From contig JAIVFI010000003.1 in assembly GCA_025558095.1 (NCBI GenBank), forward strand, positions 1,054,001-1,118,000: DNA of 64,000 bases, read 5' to 3'. The notes under the pieces are model-generated. The model worked only from the letters and a program-made list of their open reading frames with translations. It had not been told where the DNA came from and did not search any database. Shown in pieces: positions 22,565-33,399 of this stretch; the stretch's first letter is position 1, and each line of letters opens with the position of its first letter. Both the position numbers and the translations under genes were made by a program. This DNA comes from Hyaloraphidium curvatum SAG 235-1 (lineage: Eukaryota; Fungi; Monoblepharomycota).

Positions 22565-24558
22565 ATGTCGGGCGACGCCGAGCCCGACGGGCGCACGCCG
22601 TCGCCGGCCGACGAGCCGCCCGCGTCGCCCGGCGCCACGACGACGCTGCCGGTCGTCACGCTGCTGCTCTCGCCGGCGGCGCCGCCGACGCCGACGCCGC
22701 CGTTCCACTTCGACCCCATCGAGCGCGACCTCTTCGAGAACGTCGTGCTCAAGATCGGCCGCCAGGTCAACAAGGGCGGCGTCAACGCCCGCGACTCGCT
22801 GCAGCAGGGCCGCGACTGCGTGTGGTTCAAGTCGAAGGTCGTCTCGCGCAACCACGCGGAGGTGTGGGTCAAGGACGGCCAGGTGCGTGGCGGATTTTTC
22901 TACATGGCGATGGCGGCCGGCGGCGGCGGGAGGCGGCCGTTTTTGGACGAGGGGGGGTCGAGGGGGAAAGTCAGGCCCCGCTGAGGGCACCGTGCCTGCG
23001 CCGCCATCCGGGCTCCCGGCGACCATTTGGGGCCCATCTAGCTATTGGGATGGCCTTTGCACGTCGCCGGGCTGCTCGGACGGGCGGTCGGAAGGTGCCC
23101 AACGCCGGCTAGGGGTTTCTCCACTGGCCGGGGGAATCTGGTGCCGCCCGCCCCGTTTCGTGACTCTTGGGCATTCGGCATCCATGGGTCGGCGACGGGA
23201 CGTGTTCGGAGCCAGGAACGGAAGGAGATCAGCGGCCAGAGATGGATCAGTCGGTTGGACACGCGTCTGCCGCCTAGACCTCTCTTTGGGCCTGCCCGGA
23301 TCTCCGCGTCGACATCGGCCCGCCGCTATCTGCCTTCGTGGCGCGTTTTTCTCCTTTGCTCCCGTTGCTGACTCTTCCGCGCTTATGGCAGGTCTACCTG
23401 AAGGACACTGGCTCGTCGTCGGGCACCTTCCTGAACCACATGCGACTGGCGCCCAGCGGCCGCGAATCGCGGCCGTATCCGCTCAAGGATAACGACGTCA
23501 TACAGCTCGGGATCGATTACCAGGGCCGGCCGGAGGGTGGGTTTGAATCTCAGCAAAGTTCGGATCGGTACCTGACGGTCACGCCATCTGCTGCCGTACC
23601 AGACATCTACAAGTGCGTGGTGATGAAGGTCATGATTACCAACCGAACACTGGTCCAGCACAAGCGAAAAGCAAACGTGGTCATGTTGGTGTCCCGCTGC
23701 CGTGTGGGCTTCCCGCTGCTGACTCTCGATCTCAGGTTCCGCGCCGCCTTGAAGGCCCTCCTCAACGCCACCAACCCCTACGCCACCACCACCATCCCCC
23801 CTCCGACACCTACCCTCACCCACCAGCCTGCGTCGTCCGGCTCGCACTCGCCCGTGGACTGCTGCATCTGCCTCTGCCCCATCTCCCCCTTTCAGGCCCT
23901 CTTCGTCGCACCCTGCTCCCACTGCTACCACTACAAATGCGTCCAACCTCTTCTGAACCAGGGCGCCATGTTCCTCTGCCCGCTGTGCAGGCAGGTCGCC
24001 AACCTCGCGGCCAACGTGCAGGAGGAGGAGGAGGAGGGCGGCGACGAGACCGAGGGCGAGATCCTGCGACGGCTGGGCGTCGGTGGGAGCTGGGTCGAGG
24101 TTCCCGACGCGGCGCTGGCCGAGGAACTGCAGGCCTCGGCTGCTTCCGCGGACCCCGGCCCGGCGCCCGCCGAAGCCCCCGAGCCGGGCCCCTCGGAGCC
24201 CGCCGCCGCCGCCGCCGACTCGTCCGATTCGGACCGTGAGCGCACGGGGGTGCATCCCGACCTCGTCGCGCAGCTGGAGCGCGAGGAGGAGGCCGAGGTC
24301 GCGGCGTCGGTGCTCTCGCAGATCCGCATGGCGGAGGAGGAGCGGCCCGCGCTGCGGCGGAGCGATACCGCCGGGACGGGGGCGCACTTTTCGTCCCCCG
24401 AGACGGACGGGGACGACGAGGGGGACATGATGGAGGGTGTGGAGGATGCCGGGGTCGCCGACGGCGCGGGCGAGGAGGGGGAGGAGGCCGAGGGGAGGGT
24501 CAAGGCGACCGAGAGGGAGGACGAAAGGGAGGGCGGGGGCGGGGCCATGGAGGTTTGA
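22565..24558 (+). CDS. DMA1: FHA-RING E3 ubiquitin ligase (Dma1/Chf type), multi-exon
   Basis: LKIGR, FKSKVVSRNHAEVW, YLKDTGSSSGTFLNHMRL, DVIQLGIDYQG and RING DCCICLCPISPFQALFVAPCSHCYHYKC...CPLCR. Confidence 0.9.
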
Positions 24559-25350
24559 GGCGCGGCTGCTCTTGTCAGGGGCGGACGGGGATGTGGGTTG
24601 TAAAAGTAGCACGTCGGTCTGGGAAGATATCAATTGCCGTCTTCTTGTGTTCATCTCGTGCTCCTGCGAACCATCAAACGGCATTGCGGCTGTTGCCGAA
24701 CTGTCTCGGGTTTGGCCTTAGCTGATTGAGTCGATTGGAGAAAGCTGGTTGTGTAGTCGAGGCGGGGCAAGGGGGAAACCTTCGAAGCAGACTTCTCCCT
24801 TCGAAGAAATCTCCCAGATCTTCGGTTTCAATCGAGCGTTGGACTGTCCTGGAGGTCGAGAAGGTCCTCAAAGTCGCGGATTGGGCCGCAAGTGTCCAGT
24901 TGAGCACTGTGGCGAACATCGGCTTTCGGCTCGATCCCTCTCCCGCCTGCGGTCCGGGGGGGCCACCGGAGCCTCGGACACTCCGGGTTCCTATTGCGAA
25001 ACCATCAAACGACCCTTAGTCACCAGTCGGTGTTCGGGGTCGTCCGGAATCGGTTCGATGGTCATGACGAATGCGGGGTGCCGGATTGGCGGAAGGATCG
25101 TGGCCGCCCAGACCCGAGCGGCCGCCGAGATTCGGGCTCCGGCTGGATGGGCGGTCCCCGGGTCGACATCCACGTTGACTAATGACATCCAGGCGTTAGC
25201 GCCGGGGTTTTTGGCCCGGCGTCATGGCCACCGGTGGGCCGCTGCCCTTGCGTCGTCTTTTTTGGACCCATCGGATCGGCAAGCGCCGGCGCCGGACCCC
25301 GTCAACTTTGCTTCCCCCTCCTCCCCACGCCGCCCGCAGCAAATCCCGCC

Positions 25351-27055
25351 ATGACGCGCCTCTCCGCTGCGCTCGGTCTCAGCACGCGCCTCGGCGCGCC
25401 CATGTGGGCGCCGCTGGCCCGCGGCTTCGCGTCGGCAAAGGCCGTGCCCATCACGGTTGCCCGCGGCGACGGTATCGGCCCCGAGATCATGGACGCCACC
25501 CTCCGCATCATCGAGAAGTCCGGCGCGAATCTCGACATCGAGGAAATCGTCATCGGCGAGAAGGCCTACGCCGCCGGCCACATGTCCGGCGTCGCCCCCG
25601 AGGCCCTCGACTCGCTGCGCCGCACGAAGGTGTTCCTCAAGGCGCCGATCACCACGCCGCAGGGCGGCGGCTTCAAGTCGCTTAACGTCACCGTGCGCAA
25701 GTCGTTCGGTCTCTACGCCAACATCCGGCCGTGCGTCAGCTACGACCCCTTCATCCGGACCAAGCACCCCAAGATGGACGTCCACATCATCCGCGAGAAC
25801 GAGGAGGACCTGTACGCCGGCATTGTGGGCCTTACCTAGCCGCCCTCCGCCGAGCTCGTCTGACGCCGCGCCGATTTACAGGAGCACCAGCAGACCGACG
25901 AGGTCGTCCAGTGCCTCAAGCTCATCACCCGGCCCGGCTCTGAGCGGATTGTCCGCTACGCCTTCGAGTACGCCCGCGCCAACGGCCGCAAGAAGGTCAC
26001 CGCCTTCACCAAGGACAACATCATGAAGCTCACTGGTGAGTTGTGATCTCCCGCCCTGCTGATCACGACTGATCATTGATGCCCTCTCCCCGCAGATGGC
26101 CGTCAGTACCTCGTTCCTTGCGGAAGATGTTTTGCGGTGATTTCTGATCCTTCTCGTGCCCTCCTTCCCAGTGTTCCACCGCATCTTCGACGAGGTCGGC
26201 GCCGAGTACCCTGATCTCGAGAAGGAGCACTGGATCGTCGACATCGGTGCCGCCAAGCTGGCCGACACCCCCGAGGCATTTGACGTCATTGTCCTCCCCA
26301 ACCTGTACGGCGACATCCTGTCGGACGTCGCGGCCCAGATCGCCGGCTCCGTCGGCCTTGCCGGTTCCAGCAACATCGGCCAGGACATTGCCATGTTCGA
26401 GGCCATCCACGGCTCGGCGCCCCGCCGCGCTGGCCAGGACCTCGCAAACCCCTCGGGCCTGTTCCTGGGCGCCGTCCAGATGCTGGTCCACATCGGCCAG
26501 GGCGACATCGCCGCGAAGGCGCACAACGCCTGGCTCAAGACCATCGAGGACGGCGTGCACACCTACGACATCTACAAGGAGGGCAAGTCGACCAAAAAGG
26601 TCGGCACCAAGGCGTTTGCGGACGCCGTGATCGAGCGCCTCGGGGAGACCCCCAAGGTCCTCAAGCCCGTATCCTACAAGGCCGGCACCACCATCGAGGT
26701 CAAGCTGTCGCAGCCCAAGCCCGCGACCAAGACCCGCGTCGGTGTTGACATCTTCGTCGGGCACCACGAGAAGCCCGACGACCTCGCCAAGCGGCTCCTC
26801 CCGCACGTGGGCGACAAGTTCAAGCTCGACATGCTCTCCAACCGCGGCCAGAAGGTCTGGCCCGACGGCGCCCCCGAGACCTTCATCGTCGACCACATGC
26901 GCTGCCGCTTCCTGGCCAAGGGGCCCGAGGTGTCGGCCAAGGACGTCGTGGAGCTCGAGATGCGCCTGGCCAACGCCGGGTTCGACCTGCTCAAGACGGA
27001 GGGACTCTTCAACTTCGACGGGAAGCCCGGGTACACCAAGGGCCAGGGCCAGTAA
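25351..27055 (+). CDS. icd: Bacterial (Rickettsia/Thermus-type) isocitrate dehydrogenase, probably NADP-dependent, with a mitochondrial-like presequence; 4 exons
   Basis: Exons 25351-25824, 25882-26035, 26096-26101, 26172-27055. ITVARGDGIGPEIM, LKAPITTPQGGGFKSLNV, RENEEDLYAGIEH, TKDNIMKLTDGLFH, NLYGDILSD, FEAIHGSAPRRAG and a C-terminal extension ending KTEGLFNFDGKPGYTKGQGQ. Confidence 0.93.
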
Positions 27056-27199
27056 GCGCCCGGGTGCCGGGACGGACTTTTGCTGGTGGTCGGAGTCGCA
27101 CCTGGTGATTTGGATCGGGTAAGGAGGGGTGGCATAGACGGGGTCCAAGGGGACCAATGTATCGTAGGAAAAAAGGAGCTATATTCGCCTGATACATCA

Positions 27200-28140
27200 T
27201 GATTTCCCTGCAGCACGGTCAACGAAGGCCGAAAGTCTGTCCAAAAGAGGTCCGTGACCGATCGTTCCTGGAACGGGCCGTGGCCACCACCGGGGATCAC
27301 GACTGCGCGGACCCGGTCCAATCCGGCAGCAGCTGGTCGATACTCTTCGTGGGGAATGAAGTCCAGATCCCCCGTTATCAGCAGCAGTGGCACGACATCC
27401 AGGCGCTTATCCAGTTTGCCGTTGGCGTCCAGCACAAACCAAGTGATCATCGCTCCCGTGATAGTCCGCTCGTTCTCCCCAATCAGCGTGCGGTACGCGA
27501 GTTTTCCCGCCTCGGAGGCATCTTCAAGATCCTGGAGCTCCATGGCCTCGTAGGCTCTGCGCGTCTCGGCGTCCAGCGCCTCGTGAAGCGCGCGCCTCTT
27601 TGCCGCATAAGATCGTTCGTCCAGGGGAGAGTTGCAGACCACCGCCCCAGAAATGCTAACTCTCGAGGCGAATCCTTTGCCGCCGCTGCTGAGCTGGGCC
27701 GACTCGCGAAGCTGGTCCGACTGCCCATGTTGGGCAACCGTGCGCAGGAACTCGACCACGACTTGTCCTCCCCAGCTGTGGCCCAACACGAAGAGACGAC
27801 CCTCGTCGGCTTCTTTCGTCGCCTTCACCCAGCGCAAAATCATGTCGAGTTCCTCAACGTAGCCTTCCAACGTGAACAGAGACGCGTCGGTCGGAGTCGC
27901 GCTGTCCCCGCAACCCAATTGGTCGTAGAACACGATGCGGGAGACCGATGGACATCGAGAAAGGAACGTGCTGCCCGTAAATGGTCCGAAAAGCTCCGAA
28001 TGCGATGCCAATCCCGGGCCTCCGTGTGCCAGCACCAGCGTGCAAGGGACAGGAGCTGCGACGCGCCGTCGGACGTCCCTGACGCGGATCTCGTGCCCGA
28101 GGCGGCCCGGAACGCCATGATCGGTCACAAAAGTGTCCAT
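27200..28140 (-). CDS. Proline iminopeptidase-like alpha/beta hydrolase (3' end unresolved)
   Basis: HGGPG, FYDQLGCGDS, nucleophile GHSWGG, LLITGDLDF, GGGHGPF. ATG at 28140. No in-frame stop until 26674, inside the antisense of icd. Confidence 0.7.
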
Positions 28141-28288
28141 TCGAGGTATTTGACAATTCAAAATCGGTACGGGACGCGTAGTCGGGCAGCATCGGGGTCG
28201 GATTCGGTGACGGCAGGAAGTTGTTTACGCGGCGGTTCGGCACAACTTCGTCGGCACGTTCCACCCGAGAGCACTGCTAATCCTCGCG

Positions 28289-29568
28289 ATGGCTGCCGCT
28301 GTTCCTGCCAAAGCCCTTGCCTTGCAGACGGTCGTGAAGGCCGAGGGAAATGTCGAACTCTCGCTCGCCGAAGTCGACATCCCGACACCGGGGGACAATG
28401 AGGTCGTTGTCAAGGTTCACTCGGCCCCCATCAACCCCTCGGACATCTACGGCATGTTCATGGGCGCGGATATCACCAAGGCCACCGCCTCGGGCACCGC
28501 GGACCGCCCCGTGATCGCGGCACCCATCCCTCCGGCCTTCATGGCAGCGCTCGCCTCTTCCGCCGGGAAGCCCAACTACCCGGGCAACGAGGGCGGCGGC
28601 GTGGTCGTTGCCGCCGGATCTTCCGATGCCGCCAAGGCGCTTCTCGGCAAGACCGTCGGCGTGTGGGGTGGAGGGATGTACAGCCAGTACCGAGTCCTCC
28701 GCGCCTCGGGTGACCTTCTCCCGCAATGCCTGCCCATGAAGGAGGGGATCACGCCAACTCAGGTACAGTGTTTCGTGGGCGATCTCTAAGCTCCTCGCTA
28801 AAGTGCGCCCGAAGGCGGCCGCGTGCTTCGTCAACCCGTTGACGGCGCTCGGCATGGTCGAGACCATGAAGCTGGAGAACCACAAGGTGAAATGTCGGCG
28901 CTTGGTCACCTCCATGACCATTGCTGATTCTGTGTTCCTTGCAGGGCCTCGTGCACACCGCCGCAGCCTCCAACCTGGGCCAGATGTTGGTCAAGATCTG
29001 CCTGGCGGACAACGTGCCCCTGGTCAACATCGTCCGCAAGCCCGACCAGGCCGAGCTGCTCCGCGGCCTGGGTGCCAAATACGTCTGCGACAGCTCGCAG
29101 TCGACGTTCGAGGAGGATCTCGTCAAGGCACTCTACGAGACGGGCGCGACCCTCGCGTTCGACGCCATCGGCGGCGGTACCATTGCCTCTACCATCCTGT
29201 CCTGCATGGAGAAAGCAGCTGTTAAGAAGGAAGCGGAATCGGGTGGGGCGTTCAACCGCTACGGGAGCAGCACCTTCAAGCAGCTCTACATCTATGGAGG
29301 CCTGGACCGCGCGCCGACCACGCTCGTCCGCTCCTTTGGATTCTCCTGGTCGATGGGAGGGTGGTTACTTATGCCTTTCTGCTCGAAAGCTGGGCCGGAG
29401 ATTGTCAAGAGGATGGTGCAGCGCGTCATCGACGAGATCGACACTACTTTCTCAAGCAGTTATACTAGTTCAGTCTCGCTTGCGAAGGCCCTTTCGCTGG
29501 AGGCCATCTCCGTTTACGCAAAGACGGCCACGGGCCAGAAGGTTCTGGTTCTGCCCCACGAACAGTGA
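28289..29568 (+). CDS. MDR-family (zinc-binding-dehydrogenase-like, 'NADH oxidase'/enoyl-reductase-like) oxidoreductase, 3 exons
   Basis: APINPSD, GNEGGGVVV, AAACFVNPLTALGMVETM, LVHTAAASNLGQML, AFDAIGGG, RYGS..KQLYIYGGLD, SWSMGGWLL. Confidence 0.88.
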
Positions 29569-29759
29569 TCCGGATCGGACTGCTTTCCCTGGACTTGGCG
29601 CGTAGTGCATTCAGACTCGGTCCGCGCGCGCCGCTTTCCAAGGGACCCGTCCTTTTCAAGAAGGAAGAGATTTCGCTATGTTCTATGAATCGCAAGACAT
29701 TATTGAAGTGGAACCTGCTGCATCACTCTCCCCTGGTCGACGTTGCTTTCCGACCGATA

Positions 29760-29874
29760 ATCGCTATTGCATGCTAAGCCATCGCTTTCCCAAGATCCGA
29801 GCTCAAGAAGCTACCGCCGTATCGCTATTCCATGCTAAACAATCCGCTTTCCCAAGATCCGAGCTCAAGCAGCT
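29760..29874. repeat. Imperfect tandem duplication, about 61-bp period, two copies
   Basis: ATCGCTATT.CATGCTAA..(A)ATC(C)GCTTTCCCAAGATCCGAGCTCAAG.AGCT at about 29760-29812 and 29821-29874. Confidence 0.85.
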
Positions 29875-30665
29875 TCTGCGGCCTTGTCCTTGCGGCAGAA
29901 AGCCTTGTGGCGATCCCAATCCGCGCGCTGGCAGTCGGCCGAGCAGTAGCGGCTCTTCTTGCACCGCCCGCAGACGTCGAAGCGCTTGTACTTCTTCTCG
30001 GCTTCGATGAATGGCTCAGGATCGTGGCAAGAGCTGCACTGGTGCTGGACCCCGACGGACCAGGTGTCGGGATTGCGCTCGCCGCTGCCGTCGGGTCTAA
30101 ACGGAGGCGACAGGTTGCGTCCCTCGCCCCCCGGGAAGAAGAAGCGAGACCCGTTGTAGAGCACCTGGCCGCATGGCTCGAACGGGAAGCGAACGAAACC
30201 GCGCCCAGGATGCTTATTGGGGGCCTACTGCTCGATCTCTCGTGCGACAACCTTAGCGATCTTGCGCCTCGTGGGGCTTCTCCCCGCCCACGAGCCCGAA
30301 GGACCGAAATTCGAAAGCGCCGAAGCCAGGAACTTGGGAGGAATGGATGCGCCGGCGTGCATGCAAAGGAGTGCCCAAAGAGCGGGGTGCATGTCCTGGT
30401 CCAGGCCGCCGCCCTTCTCGACCATCGCGTCGGCATCGAGCTCGGCGAGCTGTTCCGGGGTGAGCGAGTCCATCGCGTTGGCGATCTCGGTGTACTCTGA
30501 CGGAGTGAAGCGGTTTATGATCCTTCCGCCCGAGGACGACGAGCCCATGAGGATCTTGTATGGGTTGATTCGGTTCGGCGGAATGAGGCCCGCGGCGGTG
30601 GCGACGGCGAGCACGAGCGTCAAGTTGTCATCATCGGCCCAGACGTCGAGCGACCAGGCTCCCAT
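29865..30665 (-). pseudogene. MYND zinc-finger gene with a DUF4259-like start (MGAWS..WADDD), interrupted by one in-frame TAG
   Basis: ORFs 30225-30665 and 29865-30164 share a frame: REIEQ*APNKHPGRGFVRFPFEPCGQVLYN. MYND CSSC..CGRCKKSRYCSADCQRADWDRHKAFC. Confidence 0.65.
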
Positions 30666-31057
30666 CGTGTTCGAGCGCCGCAGGTCAACGGGGGGCGAAC
30701 GACGGTGATGAGCGAATCGCTTGGTCGATTCCCGAGGCTGCTTTGCGGAGTGGTAAGCTCTGAGTCGCTCGGCGCGCCGCGAGAGCCGGCTCGTGAATCG
30801 CTGGCGTGGCCACGTCGAGGCGCCGAACCATCAGTCAACGTTGACTCGAGAGCAATCACAGCAAATGTACACAAGCGCAAGCCATGCTTGGACTTAGCTT
30901 GCCATTCCCCTTCGTTGTTACGACTCCGATCTACGTTCGGTGGACGGTCGACGCCGGCCGGGTGAAGTCGGAACGGTCGCGTCGATCCCCGTAAACCAAA
31001 ACACAGTCACACTTTGCCGGGGCGCAAGTTGGCCTCAAGCGCCTCGAATTGGGCGCG

Positions 31058-33335
31058 ATGCGAAGATTTCTATCGACGCTCGTGCCTTTGCGGCGGGGCT
31101 GCGGGCCCGGAAACGGGGTCTTATGCCTGGGCCGAGCTGGAACCGCCGCGATGATTCCGTCGGCGCTGCGCCAGCTGAGCGCTGCTGCACGACCGACACG
31201 GACTCATGCAACCGGAAATGCAGTCATCGGACTTCATTGTACGAGCAGCGGGCTCCGGCCGCCCGTCGTTGGCCTTGTTCAGCCGATTCCCTTCCCCACC
31301 GCAATGGGACGGACAGTCGCCGCTGCAGCGGCCTATTCGGCCGAACATGCTGCTGCTGCCGGCTCTCTCGGACGCCACCGGCCGCGGTCTCGCCGTCGGC
31401 GATTCACCCGGGGAGCCCTGTGGTCGACCCTGGGCGCCTTCGGCCTCCTCGCCGTCCCGCTCTTCCTCTATTTCTCCGAGCACCCCAAGGCAAAGACGGT
31501 CACGGTGGCGCTCACGCGGTCGATGCGGGCCGCCCAGGCCGTGGTTGCGATCATGCTGGACTACAAGCTGTCGCTGCGGAAGGGGCCCGCGGACATCGGG
31601 CAGGAGGAGTACGACAACCGCAAGTCGGACTGCCACAAACGGAGCGCCATGAGGCTGTACGAGATGGCGCGGAGGAACGGTGGTGTCTTTATCAAGCTCG
31701 GCCAGCACAGTGGGTTGATTTGCGCATGGTTTCGCGTGCTCATGGATCCGCTCACACTCGCTCTTCTGATTGTGATCCTGGCGCAAATCGGCCCCCTTCT
31801 TTCCAGTCGCTGCTATGGGCTACATTCTTCCCCACGAATATGTCGAAGCCATGAGGCCGTTGCAGGACAAGTGCCCGCCGACGACCGTTGCGGACATTGA
31901 TGCCATGGTCCAGCTGGACCTCGGCAAATCGCTCGACGAGCTCTTTTCGAGCTTCGACCCAGAGCCGCTCGGTGTCGCCAGTCTCGCCCAGGTGCACCGC
32001 GCCGTGCTCCGCGAGACCGGGCAGGAGGTCGCGGTCAAGTTCCAGCACCCGTACCTGGAGGCCTTTGCCGAGATCGACATCCAGACCGTCACCTCGCTGG
32101 TCCACCTGGTGAAGCGCCTATTCCCCGCCTTTTCGTTCGCCTGGCTCGCGGACCAGATGCAGGAGAACCTGCCCAAGGAGCTCGACTTCAGGATCGAGGC
32201 CTCCAACGCGGCCAAGCTCGCCTCGCTCTTCACCGACCAGGGCGTGCTCCACATCCCCGCCGTCTACTGGGCGCAGAAGCGCGTCATGGCCATGGAGTTC
32301 ATCCACGGAGCCCGCATCGACGACCGCGCCTACCTCCGCGACCACGCCATTGACCCCGTCAGGGTTTCTTACCACTTCTCCGAGATCTTCTCGCGGATGA
32401 TATTCCGCGAGGGCTTCGTGCACGCCGACCCCCATCCGGGCAACGTGCTCGTGCGGCCGCGCGTCCACAGCGCCTTCTCGCCGCGGGAGGAGAACTTCCA
32501 GATCGTGCTTCTGGACCACGGGCTGTACCGCACGCTGGACGCCGAGTTCAGGTTCATGTACGCGCAGCTCTGGAGCGCATTGATCCGCGGGGACGAGGAG
32601 GGGATCGAAGCCGCGTCGCGTGACCTGTTTGACCGCGCGCGGGAGGACGAGGTCGCCCGCCGGCGGGCCAGGGGCGAGCCCGGGGTCACGGTCGAGAGCA
32701 TCATGCGGGAGCAGGGCGAGGGCAGCGTGCCGAGCTACAAGCTCTTTGCCTCGGTGCTCACGGGGCGGCCGTGGAGCGTGGTGGTGCTGGACGGCGGGGA
32801 GGGACCCGGCGCGGACGAGGTCGAGGCGTACCTCGAGGAGCGTAAGCACGGCGCCGAGAAGCCCAAGCCGAAGCCCAAGGCCGCGTCGGGCCTGGCGAGG
32901 GCGCGGTCGTCGCACGAGAAGGAGATCGTGTCGAGCGTCGCCGGCACGGGCGAGTTCCTGCTCGACATCGCAGACATCCTCGCCAAGGTGCCGAGGGAGC
33001 TGCTCCTCCTGCTCAAGACCAACGACCTCCTCCGGGCCGTGGACGAGGACCTGGGCATCGGCGTGCTGCCGGACCAGGGTCTTGAGACCCCCTCGGAGCA
33101 CGACAGCAACCTGCAGAGGCGGATGGAGGACCACATGGTGCGCATGGTCACCCGGATGGGGTGGTGGGTCGCGCGCGCCGTGTACCAGGGCCGCAAGCGC
33201 GAGGTGCTCGCCGCCGGAGGGAACCGCTGGCTGAGCCCGGCCATGTACGCGGCCAGATGGGAGTTCTGGGCAGTCACGGTCCGGCTCTGGATGGCGGAGC
33301 TGTGGCTCGGGATCAAGGGGATCTTCGGTCTGTAG
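31058..33335 (+). CDS. ABC1/UbiB-family atypical kinase (ADCK1/Mcp2-like), mitochondrial
   Basis: Arg-rich presequence MRRFLSTL; NGGVFIKLGQH, PLGVASLAQVH, VAVKFQHP, LPKELDF, FVHADPHPGN, LLDHGLY, LLLLKTNDLLR. Confidence 0.92.
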
Positions 33336-33399
33336 TGCCATTCGACGAACTGCCATTCGACCTTGCTCAGAGCACACAACTGCGCCGCCCCGCCCGATG

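Noticed and set aside
24674-25188. Short minus-strand ORFs between DMA1 and icd
   Set aside because: Different frames, no motifs and no supporting splice signals.
25351-29568. Bacterial contamination or chimeric contig
   Set aside because: The bacterial-type IDH and MDR genes carry GT-AG introns like their neighbours, and there is no operon-like layout.
29760-29874. CRISPR-like repeat
   Set aside because: Only two imperfect adjacent copies, no unique spacers, no cas genes, and a eukaryotic context.
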